The position numbers were made by a program, and so were the translations under genes. A stretch of 62,851 nt of DNA, filler included, from Nitrospirota bacterium (lineage in GTDB: Bacteria > UBA2233), in NCBI GenBank assembly GCA_011620345.1. It is 6 parts of 6 records of this genome, joined end to end, with 100 filler letters (N's around TTAATTAATTAA, not from the genome) between each part and the next. Parts side by side here need not be neighbours in the genome. Positions count along the whole stretch, not along the records: positions 31,777 to 41,163 come from WOZJ01000006.1; positions 41,264 to 50,476 come from WOZJ01000032.1; 4 more parts are not named here. The stretch is one strand, 5' to 3'. Below the pieces are notes generated by a model that searched no databases, was not told the DNA's origin, and saw only the letters and a program-made list of their open reading frames with translations. Below, piece by piece: positions 39,052-50,000 of this stretch (position 1 is its first letter; every line of letters starts with the position of its first letter).

Positions 39052-39293
39052 CGTTCCGTCCTTTAGCGTTCTTGCCTAGACAAAGACACGCGGGATGCGG
39101 GCTTGCGTCCGCATGCGCCTATGTGTGTCAAAAAGAGGGAGTACGCCCCGCATGCCCAACACGAAGGCGGGGGGAACGAGCCGCCGCCTTCGAGCGATTC
39201 CCGTAGCGAGTGTGGGCCGGGGTTTCGTTCGCCCCGAGGCTTGAAGCGGGTTTAGCCAGCCATGCGGGCTATCTTTCAACAATTCAGACTAAG

Positions 39294-39929
39294 CTAATCT
39301 TTTTGGTGCGTGTCGTCAACCCCTAGGCGCTCAAATCGGGCAGAGGCGAGCGCGGGAACGAATATGTCCGAATAGGACGCCTCGAAGGATTCTGGAGGGC
39401 TCGCCATCCCTATCTCCAAGGCTTTTTGATCGCCCAAATTGATACGTGTCCTTGCTTGGACCCCGCAGGCATCCTGGTTGACGGAAACCTTGGCTTTCGA
39501 GCCGTCGAAAAGGACGACCTGCTCCTCGAATCGGTATACGTACCCAGACGGCTGTGTCCCGGAACAATCGGCCAGCAAAGGCGGTTGCTCGCCGTTTTGC
39601 TGGAGCGAGCGTAGCTCATCGAGCATATTCTCTACGAGCGAAAGCCCCTCGAGGCTGTTGAGCGGGCGCAAATCGAGCCTGACGTAGATCGTGGGCACCT
39701 GCCCGTCCTGGGGAGGGTAGGCGATGACCATTTCAGAAACGGCCTGGCGATCTTCCTCCCTTGGAAAGCGCAGGGGAACCTGCTTCCAGCCGTCCGGAAG
39801 CTGCAAGCGAACCGCTCCGCCGTTCGAAGCCAGCTTTATCTCTTCGGCCTTGGCCGTGCTTTCTGTCATAAACAACCCTAATGCTAGGGTGCAAACGAAC
39901 GCCAGGATTCTAGGAAACCGCCTGCTCAT
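39294..39929 (-). CDS. Secreted hypothetical protein (possibly PsbP/DcrB-like fold)
   Basis: Signal peptide ending AKA; LQLPDGW near the N-terminus and F...F...LAS.RF at the C-terminus. Confidence 0.65.
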   Translation of the reverse strand: MSRRFPRILAFVCTLALGLFMTESTAKAEEIKLASNGGAVRLQLPDGWKQVPLRFPREEDRQAVSEMVIAYPPQDGQVPTIYVRLDLRPLNSLEGLSLVENMLDELRSLQQNGEQPPLLADCSGTQPSGYVYRFEEQVVLFDGSKAKVSVNQDACGVQARTRINLGDQKALEIGMASPPESFEASYSDIFVPALASARFERLGVDDTHQKD

Positions 39930-39945
39930 GGCACGATCTCCTGCT

Positions 39946-41073
39946 TTAGCCGGCGATCAACGTTTTGAGGCCGTCCAAAAGGAGTGTAGCGTTACTAGGC
40001 TTGGCTGTCTCACCCATGAGTCCGATACGAAGGATGCGGCCCTTGAGCTCCCCCAGCCCTCCGCCGACTTCGATCCCGTAGCGGCTCAAAAGCTCCTTCC
40101 GGATCCATGCTTCGCTCGTTCCCTCCGGGACGAAGGCGGAGGTTAGCTGAGGCAGTCGAAAGGGCTTGTCCACCAAAAGCTTGAATCCAAGCGTCTCGAG
40201 CCCGTTCTGCAGCGCTTCTCCGAGGGCTCTGTGGCGCTGCCAGCGAGCTTCCATCCCTTCTTCCAGCACGATTTGAGTGCCTTCGTAAAGGGCGTAGAGC
40301 ATGGAAATCGGGGCAGTATGGTGGTAGAGGCGCTCCGTGCCGAGGTAGCGCCGGATCAAGGTTACGTCCAAATACCAACTCGAAACGGGTGTCTTCCTCC
40401 GCTCAATCGCCCCGAGGGCCTTTGCGGAAAACGTGATGGGCGAAAGCCCGGGAGGGACACTAAGGCACTTCTGCGTGCCTGAGTAGCAAATATCGATACT
40501 CCAAGCATCCACCTCGACCGGAATCCCCCCCAACGAAGTGACGGTATCGACGACAAAGAGCGTTTCCTTGTCTTTTAGGTACGCGCCTACCTCTTCAAGC
40601 GGCTGGCGAACGCCAGTGGACGTTTCGGCGTGAACTACAACGAGCGCCTTGGCCTTGGGGACCTTTTTGTGCGCCTGGATAAACCGTTCCGGATCGAAAG
40701 CCTCTCCCATTGGGGCTTCGAGCGCGTGCACCCTGGCACCCAAGCGCATAGCGACTTCGAGCAGCCTTTGGCCGAACACGCCGTTTACGCCGATGATCAC
40801 CTCGTCGTCTGGCTCAAGCACGTTTACAAGGCTGGCCTCCATGCCGGCGGAACCCGTTCCCGAGACGGCAAATGTCAGCTCGTTTTGCGTCCTGAAGACC
40901 TGCCTCAAGTTCTCTGAAGTCCGATCGAGGATAGCGAGAAAATCCGGGTCTAAGTGGCCTAAAAGGGGCAGTGACAATGCCTGCAACACCCTGGGGTGGA
41001 CGTTCGACGGGCCTGGCCCCATCAAGATTCGTTCGCCCGGCCAAAAGCCCGTATCGAACTTGAGCGAAAGCAT
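39946..41073 (-). CDS. Class V aminotransferase (alanine-glyoxylate/serine-pyruvate type)
   Basis: LMGPGPSNV, SGTGSAGMEA, VHAETSTG, D.VTSLGG, SGTQKCL..PPGL, YHHTAP, RIGLMG. Confidence 0.95.
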   Translation of the reverse strand: MLSLKFDTGFWPGERILMGPGPSNVHPRVLQALSLPLLGHLDPDFLAILDRTSENLRQVFRTQNELTFAVSGTGSAGMEASLVNVLEPDDEVIIGVNGVFGQRLLEVAMRLGARVHALEAPMGEAFDPERFIQAHKKVPKAKALVVVHAETSTGVRQPLEEVGAYLKDKETLFVVDTVTSLGGIPVEVDAWSIDICYSGTQKCLSVPPGLSPITFSAKALGAIERRKTPVSSWYLDVTLIRRYLGTERLYHHTAPISMLYALYEGTQIVLEEGMEARWQRHRALGEALQNGLETLGFKLLVDKPFRLPQLTSAFVPEGTSEAWIRKELLSRYGIEVGGGLGELKGRILRIGLMGETAKPSNATLLLDGLKTLIAG

Positions 41074-41263
41074 GTTTTGCGTCTCCCGGTTGTTATTTTA
41101 GTTATGTGAGCATTGTAGCATGGCCTCGAAGACCCTAAAAGCGCTTGAAATAGACGGTATTTTNNNNNNNNNNNNNNNNNNNNNNNNNNNNNNNNNNNNN
41201 NNNNNNNTTAATTAATTAANNNNNNNNNNNNNNNNNNNNNNNNNNNNNNNNNNNNNNNNNNNN

Positions 41264-41325
41264 CAGTCTTGAATCTGAGCCAGTTCCTGGACATCGATCA
41301 AATCTTGGATTGCGTAAGACTTCAT
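41264..41325 (-). CDS. 5' stub of a gene, possibly a PocR-domain sensor (truncated by contig end)
   Basis: GGAG RBS then MKSYAIQDLIDVQELAQIQD, resembling the PocR domain start; only about 20 codons visible. Confidence 0.45.
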
Positions 41326-41434
41326 ATTTTCTCCTAAAGCATTGTCCTCTGGCGCTTTGGCGGAAATACCCAGCGCGATTTCATGCTTCATATTATAGCG
41401 CCACTATATACAATATATAAAGATAACAGCCAAT

Positions 41435-41503
41435 GAACGCCGCGCGTTCCGCCCTATCCCTCCCCGCCCTGAACGGCGGGGCTTCTCGGGCTTTCCGGTG
41501 ATA
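41435..41503 (+). mobile_element. IS200/IS605-like end hairpin relic (may also act as terminator after recD)
   Basis: TATCCCT-CCCCGCC-CTGAAC-GGCGGGG-CTTCTCGG resembles IS605-family subterminal hairpins; no tnpA/tnpB ORF present. Confidence 0.5.
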
Positions 41504-41508
41504 ACAGA

Positions 41509-43401
41509 TCAAGTCCCGGCTTCGTTCTTTAAGTTGACTGCGGGATCGAAGGCGTGGGCGATACGATCGGACAGGCCGCTGAAGCGCTCAACCCTGCTTT
41601 CGATGGCCGTAAGGAACGCTTTCTTTGTGCCAAAGACCGCGAGGTGCTCTTTTGCGCGGGTGATGGCCGTGTAGATGAGCTCCCTACGGAGGAGCGGGTT
41701 GTCGGACTTTGGCAGAAGAACGATGACCGCTTTGAACTCTGAGCCCTGCGATTTGTGAACGGTCATGGCGTACACCGTCTCGTGGGCAGGGAGGGCGCTG
41801 GGTAGTAGACCCCTTAGGCCGCTTTCATTTTCATGCCGAAACCATACCTTGAGCACGTTTTTATCCCGCCAAGCGATCCCCACGTCTCCGTTAAACAGCC
41901 TGAGCCGGTAGTTGTTCTCGGTGATGATCACGGGACGGCCTTGGTACCATGCGGGGGGCTCCTGGCCGTTTCCAAAACGCCGGAAAAGCCGCTCCTCGAC
42001 CCTTCGGTTAAGGGCAATGCTGCCAAAAGGCCCCTCACGCACCACGGTCAGAAGCCGTACGTCGTCCAAGCGTCCTAGGGCTTCTCCGGCCTCTTTGGCC
42101 TGGAAGATTTCTTTGTAGTATTCGCATGCCTCATCCACGGCCGTGCCGACGAGCTTTTCCAAGGCTTTGTCTTCGTCTTCTAGATTCTCCAGCCGAAGCT
42201 TCACGTTGTCCCCCTTGTGCTTCAACCAGCCCTCCGCGTCCCCGGCCTTCACGGCCGTGGCCAAGGAATAGAGGCCCCCTTCCCCTTGCCGTCGGTTTCT
42301 CTTCAACGTCACGACGTGGTCGGAAAACGTGGGCAGGGGGCCCTCCGGTTGGCCGGCCTCTTTTTTAAGCAGCGCGCCGGCCGCACGAAGCTGTGCTTGA
42401 GAGAATGCATTGTCGCCCGCAATCGCGCATAGATCGCCCAGCACCGAGCCGTTCTGAACGGAAGGGAGCTGATAAGGGTCGCCAACGAGGACGATGCGGG
42501 CGTGGGGCGCGAGAGCATCGAAGAGCTTGGCCATCAGCGCAAGGTCGACCATGGAGGCCTCGTCCACGATCACCACGTCGTGGGGGAGCGGGTTCGCTGC
42601 ATTATGCTTTGGCATACTACTAGACCACCCAAACCCAAGAAGCCTGTGCAGCGTGTGGGGCTCGTTGGGTTTGGGCCCTTGAAGACCCTTAAGGCCAGGG
42701 TCTTCCTCGAGCCCTTTTTGAAGCGCCTCCGCAATTCGCTTTGCCGCCTTTCCAGTGGGAGCGGCAAGCGCAACGAGAGGAGGGGGATTTTCCTTCGTAA
42801 GGCACCTAAGGAGCAAGCCGATGGTGTGTGTCTTGCCTGTCCCCGGTCCGCCCGAGATCACCGAAAAGCGATGGCGCAGGGCCACAAACACCGCGACCGT
42901 CTGCCAGTCCGTCGCCTCTTTCCCGTCCTTTGTCGCTACTTGCGTATTCGGTAAAACGCTTCGAAGGGCACCTAGGTCGACCAAGTATGGAGGCTCGCTC
43001 AAAAGCTCGGAGAGCCTTTGGGCGAGCCGTTTTTCGTACTCAAAATAACGCTGCAGATAGATCCTTTCTCCATCAAGAATCAAAGGGAGAGGGGCGCCTC
43101 CTGGCCTACCCACGAGATGGCTCTTTTCTAGCGCTTGCCTCAAGCTCTCCGGGGTCGTCTGGAGCGCTTCGAAAAGCTCCAGGAGGGCAGGGGCAGTACT
43201 GACGCTCAGGTTTAAGCATGCGTGTCCCTGCCGGACGGCCCAGTTTGCCAACGCCCAGGCCTTGGCCGTCTCTGCATCGCCTCCGTGCCTGAGGCACCAA
43301 GAGGCAAGGGCGAGATCAAGCGGGGTAAATGGACCCTCTCCCGCCTTGGTCGGTTGCTCGAGGAACGCGAGCTCTCTTACGCCTGGGGTAGGTTGGTTCA
43401 T
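41509..43401 (-). CDS. recD: Exodeoxyribonuclease V alpha subunit
   Basis: YLQRY..YE, DWQ.VA, ISGGPGTGKT, AAPTGKAA, TLHRLLG, VDEASMVD, AMTVHKSQGSEF, YTAITRA. Confidence 0.97.
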   Translation of the reverse strand: MNQPTPGVRELAFLEQPTKAGEGPFTPLDLALASWCLRHGGDAETAKAWALANWAVRQGHACLNLSVSTAPALLELFEALQTTPESLRQALEKSHLVGRPGGAPLPLILDGERIYLQRYFEYEKRLAQRLSELLSEPPYLVDLGALRSVLPNTQVATKDGKEATDWQTVAVFVALRHRFSVISGGPGTGKTHTIGLLLRCLTKENPPPLVALAAPTGKAAKRIAEALQKGLEEDPGLKGLQGPKPNEPHTLHRLLGFGWSSSMPKHNAANPLPHDVVIVDEASMVDLALMAKLFDALAPHARIVLVGDPYQLPSVQNGSVLGDLCAIAGDNAFSQAQLRAAGALLKKEAGQPEGPLPTFSDHVVTLKRNRRQGEGGLYSLATAVKAGDAEGWLKHKGDNVKLRLENLEDEDKALEKLVGTAVDEACEYYKEIFQAKEAGEALGRLDDVRLLTVVREGPFGSIALNRRVEERLFRRFGNGQEPPAWYQGRPVIITENNYRLRLFNGDVGIAWRDKNVLKVWFRHENESGLRGLLPSALPAHETVYAMTVHKSQGSEFKAVIVLLPKSDNPLLRRELIYTAITRAKEHLAVFGTKKAFLTAIESRVERFSGLSDRIAHAFDPAVNLKNEAGT

Positions 43402-46400
43402 TTCGCACCCCTCTGAAAAAGAGAATCAAGCCGGCGGATCAGGCCCGGATCTGTCCTGTGAAAATACACCCCTTGGTCCTGGCCGTTCCCCATCCCGCGT
43501 ACAAAGAGGTAGTAGGCATCCCCGAGGTTTTTTTCTGGCGTATACTCCCTTAAGCGCAACCCAAGGTAGCGATGCAACGCGACTAGGTAGATGAGGAACT
43601 GGAGGTCGTAGTGAGATGCGCGGATCGCGGCCTCGAGGTCTTTTTTGCCGTACCCAGCGAGCACGTTGGTCTTGAAGTCCACGATCGAAAACCTGCCTTC
43701 GTGCTCGAAGACCAAATCGATCGCCCCGGTCATCATGCCTCTTAAAACTCTTCCGCCGTCAGCATCCGATGAAAGCCCTCTGCCGTGGCCTTTCTCTTGG
43801 AGGAACTTCAAGACCTGCCCAAGCCTTTCCCCCCCAAGCGGGAAGAAAAACTTCATCTCCGCGACACGGAATTCTTGCTGGATGGCCGACAAAGGCCTAT
43901 TTATTTCGGGCAGGGGCGAATGGAGAGTTCGGCATACCATGTCCACAATGGCCATCAGCTTGGCCCGTTTCTCTGCATCTTCCTCCCCAAGCCCCACCCC
44001 TTCTTTCGAAAAGACGCGTTCGATCCGTGCCATGAGCTGTTCGGCCGGGCATTCCCCCGGCTTTGGCCATGCCGCAACATCGGCCATCTGAAGGACGGCA
44101 TGGAATGCCCGGCCAAAGCCAGGGCCTTTCGGCAGGGCGCAGGGCTCGGCCTCTTTGCCGGGTGCAAGGGCCTCTTCTTGAGGAGTCCCGCTTTCTGGAG
44201 CCCTGGAAGGCTCATCCTCGCCTCCGGCTTCCTCTAGCATGCCCGCTTGGCCGTGGCTCAAGCCGGTAAAGCTAAAAACCCCCCAAGGTGGGCGTTGCAC
44301 GGGGAAATCAGTTCGTACCCCCTCCCCGGGCGTGATGCAAGGAGGCGGCAGGCGGCCGTCGCCTTTTGGCTTGGGGAGCTCTTCGATCGCGATGTCTGGG
44401 TTTTCTTCGAGCGGCTCGAGGCTTTGGCGCACGGCCTCGGGCGTCAGCTCGCAGGAATTGGGGCTCAGGAGCCTGAAGAGCGCGCCATTTTCGGCCGTAT
44501 TCACCGCCCCGTACGCCAAAAACACCGCGACCTTCGCCCTGGTCAGCGCTACGTACAAAAGCCTCACACTCTCGGCCCGGCATTCGTTCATTGCCCTTTC
44601 TTTGCTCGCGTTGTCCGGGTCGGTCCCGTAATCGATCCAGGCCTGGCCGCCCTCGTCATGGTAGAAATACGGCGGATTTTCGGGCTTTCCCTGGGTGCCG
44701 AAAAACATCGCGAGCGGAAGGAAAACGACGGGGTACTCGAGCCCTTTGGCCTTGTGGACGGTGCTGACATGCACGGCGTTCTCGTCGCTCTCAACCCGCA
44801 ACTGGGCAGGACCCTTGTTTTGGACGGCATTCCGGATCTCTTTTTCCAGCCAGCGGGTCAACCCCACCATCCCGAACGTTCGGAGCTCGGCCTCGGCCAA
44901 GAGCTCCGCGATCTGAAGGTAATTGGCCATGCACCGCTCCCCGTCGTACCGGCCAAGCACGCCCGAAGCGGCATCCTTGAGGAAGTCCTCCAGCATCTTA
45001 AGGACACCATACCTTGACCAGCCATCGTAGGCCTGCTGAAACACCTCCAAGACTTTTTGCATCTCGCCCTCGTCATCCCTGAGCCTGGCCAGAAACTGGG
45101 TTAGGCATGCCCCATCCAAGCCCTCGAGGTCGAGCTGCCCCTTCTTCAATCGCGCCATGACGGCGCTCCTTGCCAAGTCTGTCGTCAGCGCCCCCCTGAC
45201 CAAGCGCTCGTTCCCGGGGTCTTGGGCGGCATGCAGCAGGCTAAGGACATGGGCGGCATGTTCCGTTTCCCAAACGCTCTTTTCGTGGAGGCATACGGCA
45301 GGGATCCCATGCCTTGAGAGTTCCGCCTGGATGCCGCTCGCGTCCTTGTTCGTGGGAACGATCACCGCAATGTCCGAGGCCTTCAACGGCTCAGAGGACG
45401 CCCCGTCTTTGGTGTAAAAGGCCCTGGATTCCGGGTGGAGAAGCTCGAGAATCGTCTGGGTCGTAGCCTCCATCGCCTTTTGCGTGGCGGCCGATTTTGT
45501 AAGCGATTGTTGGTCTTCTTTAGGAAAAAGCGTCCAAATCGTCATCGGCACAAGCGGCTTGCCTTTGAAGAGGACCGAAGCCTGCGCGTTTTTGAGCGCG
45601 GGCTCGATCTTACGGTATTCAACGCCCTTAAGGACAAATGGGTTCTTTAAGGAGCCAAAGAGGGACTCAATCGCGTTGAGGACGCCCGGGGTCGAACGGA
45701 AGTTCTTCTGCATCGAGAAGCGCTCTTTGGCATCCTCGGCCGCCTTGAGGTAGGTGAACACGTCCGCACCACGAAAAGCGAAGATGGCCTGCTTGGGATC
45801 GCCCACCATGATGAGCCCGCCAAAGTCTCCATCCGCATAGACGCGCTTTAAGATCTCGTACTGAAAGGGGTCGGTATCTTGGAACTCGTCCACGAGCGCC
45901 CAGGGCCACACTTTGTGGAGCTTCCTTGCAAAGCTTCCATCGTCCGAGCAGACGGCCCGGTGCAGGTCTAAAATCATATCGTCATAGCTAAAGAGCCGAC
46001 GCTCGCGCTTTCGTTCATGCGCCCTATCCTTTACCCGGCCAAGGATAAAGCGAAGCATGCCTACCTTCGATCGCCTTGCAAGCTCAATGATATTGCATGC
46101 ATAACCTGTTTCGCGGGCATGAAGCTTTGCTATCGAGCCTTTCTTGATCTGGCTGCCGATCTTTTCTGGGCCAAGGGAAAAGACCCAGCCTGGAAGGACG
46201 GGGATGCCCTCAAAGCCCCCATGAAGCGCGCATTCAAGCGCCGTAAAAAGGGGTTCGACGCCGCCTGCCAACTGGACGGCTTTTTCAAGCGTCCTGCCAG
46301 AGATGAATCCGCCCTCGGCCTCTATGGACAAAAGCGCCTCTTTTAGGGCGCTCCCTTCGGAGGGCCAAAGGGAGCGCACCTTGGCGGCCAGCGTGGCCAC

Positions 46401-47051
46401 CTCCTCGTAGGATGGGCCGATTAGCTTTGCGTAGGGTCTGTACAGGGCTGGCTCGAGTGCGCCAAAGAGCGTTTCCCACGTTCTCCACAAAGAGAGGAAG
46501 GCCTTGACTGCCGGTTCGTCGGCAGAAACCGCCTTGCTGCGCCAGTAATCGGCGATCACTTCCCTAAAGACATCCCGGTCGTCAGCCTGCTCGCCCCGAT
46601 CGAAAGGGATGCAGTTCTCAAACGCGCATTCCAAGGCCGCCCGAAGCGCAAACCCGTGAATGGTGGCGATCGTCGCTTCGTTCATCCTTTGTGCTTCCCG
46701 AAGGAGCCGGCGCGCAATGGCTCCCCTTTCTTGGCCGCCTTGGGCGCAGGCACGCTCGATTACGTCCTTGGCAAACCGCCACTCTTCGTTGTCTTGTTGA
46801 GCGCAGTCAGAGCCCAAGGCGATTCGGGAGGCTTGAACGATACGTCTTCTTATTCGGGAGCGTAGCTCCTCGGCGGCGGCACGCGTGAACGTGACCGTAA
46901 GAATCTGGGATACCTTAAGGCCTTTTTCCACGATCAAGCGAAGGTAAAGGCTCGCAAGCCCGAACGTCTTGCCCGTCCCGGCGCTCGCCTCAATCATACT
47001 AAGCCCGCCAAGGTGTATATTAAACGCATCGAAGGGTTGGAAGTCTGCCAT
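43398..47051 (-). CDS. recB: Exodeoxyribonuclease V beta subunit
   Basis: IEASAGTGKT, VTFT.AA..EL, DEFQDTD, GDPKQAI..FRGAD, TVHKAKGLEY, YVALTRA, nuclease G.IDL...DFKTN, Y.LQ. Confidence 0.97.
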   Translation of the reverse strand: MADFQPFDAFNIHLGGLSMIEASAGTGKTFGLASLYLRLIVEKGLKVSQILTVTFTRAAAEELRSRIRRRIVQASRIALGSDCAQQDNEEWRFAKDVIERACAQGGQERGAIARRLLREAQRMNEATIATIHGFALRAALECAFENCIPFDRGEQADDRDVFREVIADYWRSKAVSADEPAVKAFLSLWRTWETLFGALEPALYRPYAKLIGPSYEEVATLAAKVRSLWPSEGSALKEALLSIEAEGGFISGRTLEKAVQLAGGVEPLFTALECALHGGFEGIPVLPGWVFSLGPEKIGSQIKKGSIAKLHARETGYACNIIELARRSKVGMLRFILGRVKDRAHERKRERRLFSYDDMILDLHRAVCSDDGSFARKLHKVWPWALVDEFQDTDPFQYEILKRVYADGDFGGLIMVGDPKQAIFAFRGADVFTYLKAAEDAKERFSMQKNFRSTPGVLNAIESLFGSLKNPFVLKGVEYRKIEPALKNAQASVLFKGKPLVPMTIWTLFPKEDQQSLTKSAATQKAMEATTQTILELLHPESRAFYTKDGASSEPLKASDIAVIVPTNKDASGIQAELSRHGIPAVCLHEKSVWETEHAAHVLSLLHAAQDPGNERLVRGALTTDLARSAVMARLKKGQLDLEGLDGACLTQFLARLRDDEGEMQKVLEVFQQAYDGWSRYGVLKMLEDFLKDAASGVLGRYDGERCMANYLQIAELLAEAELRTFGMVGLTRWLEKEIRNAVQNKGPAQLRVESDENAVHVSTVHKAKGLEYPVVFLPLAMFFGTQGKPENPPYFYHDEGGQAWIDYGTDPDNASKERAMNECRAESVRLLYVALTRAKVAVFLAYGAVNTAENGALFRLLSPNSCELTPEAVRQSLEPLEENPDIAIEELPKPKGDGRLPPPCITPGEGVRTDFPVQRPPWGVFSFTGLSHGQAGMLEEAGGEDEPSRAPESGTPQEEALAPGKEAEPCALPKGPGFGRAFHAVLQMADVAAWPKPGECPAEQLMARIERVFSKEGVGLGEEDAEKRAKLMAIVDMVCRTLHSPLPEINRPLSAIQQEFRVAEMKFFFPLGGERLGQVLKFLQEKGHGRGLSSDADGGRVLRGMMTGAIDLVFEHEGRFSIVDFKTNVLAGYGKKDLEAAIRASHYDLQFLIYLVALHRYLGLRLREYTPEKNLGDAYYLFVRGMGNGQDQGVYFHRTDPGLIRRLDSLFQRGAK

Positions 47052-47069
47052 GGCCTTTGGTCTTAATCT

Positions 47070-50000
47070 TTATGATGATGACGATGGATCTTTGAGACAT
47101 GCCGCAATCGGCCCGCAGACTGCCCTAGCGATACGCTCGAACTCCTCGGCCATATCCTGAGTTACGGGAAGATGAAGACGAAAGAATGGATCTTTAGCTT
47201 CAAAAGAGGCGTGCCCGTTGGCAAGATTGCATTCTTTCGAGAGCCAATCGAAGGGCTTCTCTTTCTTCGGTTGTTTGCTCTGCTTTTGCCAGAATGAACC
47301 CGCAAGCCGTGGCATGAAAGGCAGGGGTTTTTGGTGTCCCTCTAAGAAGAGCTTGACGAGCGATTGTAAGGCGTCTTTGGCCGTTGCGCGGTCTAGGGTG
47401 CACCTCTTTGGTCCCACGAGACTCCAGTCCCCTTTGTTCTCCGCGATGCCGGCAAGGCAAAGCTCGCGCTTACCGCCATGGAGGACCCATGCAAGGTAAT
47501 CGATCCAGGCAGGAAGGACCAGATGGAGGCTAACGTCCCCGTTCAAGACCTTTCTAATCCCTACGGGTTGAGCTTCTTGAAACCACACGTCCCCTACGAC
47601 CCCCACCACTCTTAAGCCAGGCTCGAGCTCTGCCTGGACAAAAACGCTTCGGGGGCTTGCCTCGTTGCGCCATTCGTTCCATACCTCGAGCATCTTTCGT
47701 GCCCCCTCCAGTTCCTTCCCGTACTGGAAGAGGTCCATCGGTGGAGGGGCGAGCTTGCCCGTTCCTCGAATCCAATCAGACGGCTCTTTGGGGATTGCTT
47801 CCCCCGTCTTTTTGGCGTAGGAAAAAAGCCGCTCGCGCAAGCTCCATCTTTCGAGGCCGCCTAACTCAAACGGCTCGTCGTCGGGAAGCTCTTCTTCTTC
47901 CTTGGGCAGGCTCACTCCGAGGCATTCCTCAAAGAAAAACTCCGTTGGGTTTTTGAAAAAACTCTTTAGGTTGGCAAGCTCGAGAACACCCTCTTTGAGC
48001 GGATCTTGCTTTAGTGGCACGGGGTCGTACCCGATCGGACTCGGTTGCCCTTCTTGGCGCTCTTTGGCAAGTGCTAGCGATGCCTTGGCCCATCGTTTCG
48101 AAAACGTGAAGACCCGGCTGCTCTTTGCCCGCGGGTTTAGGTAGCGCAAGCTGAAAGGCTGCATCGGATGGCAGTGCACAATAGGGCTTTGCAAAGGCCC
48201 AGCCTCGTTTACGCCTTCCTGGACGCCCCTTTCGCCCTCACCCAGAAGGAATTGCTCCATAAAATCGAGCAGCTCGAATACGACGGGAGATGGCTCGAGG
48301 ATCGTACCTGCTTGAACGTCCATGCAGGTGTAACTTACGTAGAACACGTCCTTGGCGGCCATGATGCACTGGAGGAACAAAAGCCTGTCGTCTTCTGGAA
48401 GGGCACGTTCCCCGATCCATCTAGAAGATTGGATCAGGTTAAGGCCGGATTCGCCCTCTTGTCTGGGGAAAGCCCCGTCGTCCATCCCGAGCAGGCAAAC
48501 CACCCGAAACGGAACCGCCCTCAATGGCACCATGCCACAAAACGTCACCCCCCCGGAAAGAAACGGCTGGCGCGCCGAGCAGGCATGGAGCACCCCCTGT
48601 ATCGCTGCACGGACCACGAGCCATGGCATGGGGGCGCTCCTGTCTCCGGCCGGTCCGCTGGCCTCCAAAAGAACAGAAAGCGCTTCTTCGATGGCCTTTT
48701 TCGCGTCTTTCTCCGCTTGATCCCGCATGTTTGGCAAAAAGAGGCTCTCGAAGACGCCTTGAATGCGCGCGTGCCATTCCTTCGCGCTCAGCTCTTCTAG
48801 TGCGGTGTCGTACCAGGTTTTCAGCGTTTCGAGGAATTGCCAGAGCTTGCCCACGGCCTCGGCATCTTCCCCCTCGATGTCCGAGTACGGTACCACCCCC
48901 TCGACAACGGCCTCTTCGGTTGCCTGGGAAAGGCCAAGCAACAAGCGGTCCAGCCCGAAGCGCCAGCTGTTGTTTGCGTAGCGGCCGGCCCCCATGCGCT
49001 CGCGTGTCGTTTCGTCCAGCCCCCAGCGGACCCCGGCATCCTTAACCCATTTTTGGAGCCTGATTATCTCGCCCTCTGCAAGGCCGAACCGGCGCGCTAC
49101 GGCGGGGACACCAAGAAGGGCAATCAGCTCGCTTGCGGTCCATCTAGACTCCGGAATCCAGAGGACGTACTCGAAGGCCTCCACCATCGGATGAGAGGCG
49201 ATGCGCGGCCGATCGGACACCGAATAGGGGATGGACGACCCTTCAAACACCGCCTTGATGGCGGAAACATACCGGGTGACGTCCGGCATCATGACGACGA
49301 TATCCCTGGGCTCTACGTCCTTGAACCGCACCATGATGTCGAGCAGTTGATCGAGCAAAACCTGAACTTCCCTGAGCGGGCCGTGGCAGGCATGAATTTG
49401 GACGGAGACGTCCCCTTTGGCCTTGGTTGTACCCTTATTAGCCTGCTCGTCCGCTTTCATGCGGACAATCCCGCCCTTTAGCCGGCCAAGGAGCGTATCG
49501 GCCTGAAGCTGGAGGGGCCTTTCGGGTGCGAGGACCTCAGCGTCTTCAGGCTCCAGCTCTTGTATGCAGACCTCTTTGGAATACATCAACCTTAGAAAGT
49601 CGCGCTGCGAACGGCCAAGCGAGGCAAGCAAGGGATGGGCCTTTCCTATCCAGGCCTCTGTCGCCTCGATGGCCTGCGCCCCGGATTCTTGAGCTTTGAC
49701 AGCCATGCTCGAACCCTCGGCCCTTATCGCATCCAGGTAGGCTGCGCTCGGGTTTTGCATGAAGTAAAGCACGTCGTTGGTGCGTGCGATGGCCTTAAGG
49801 AGAAGTAGGTGCTGCTTGGGAAGGCTGGTCAAGCCAAAACACATGATGCGATCTGGCAGGCCGGTTTGGTTGCCTACCGCGCATTTTTCCGCCAACCCCA
49901 GAAAACGCCGGAATCGTTCGGGCGTATGTTGCCCGCCGTGCGTTTGGACGAGCTCTCGCCATACGAGTGCCTCCCATTTCCAGGGGTCTTCCGGGTCTTT

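Noticed and set aside
39052-39290. Canonical cobalamin riboswitch, NiCo riboswitch, 6S, SRP or tmRNA
   Set aside because: Hallmark sequence motifs of these families not found by eye on either strand; reported instead as an unassigned structured leader.
40062-40072. Partial match (CGCCGACTTCG) to the 18-bp insertion element; also near 33730
   Set aside because: Only 10-11 bp, within conserved coding sequence with no sign of insertion.
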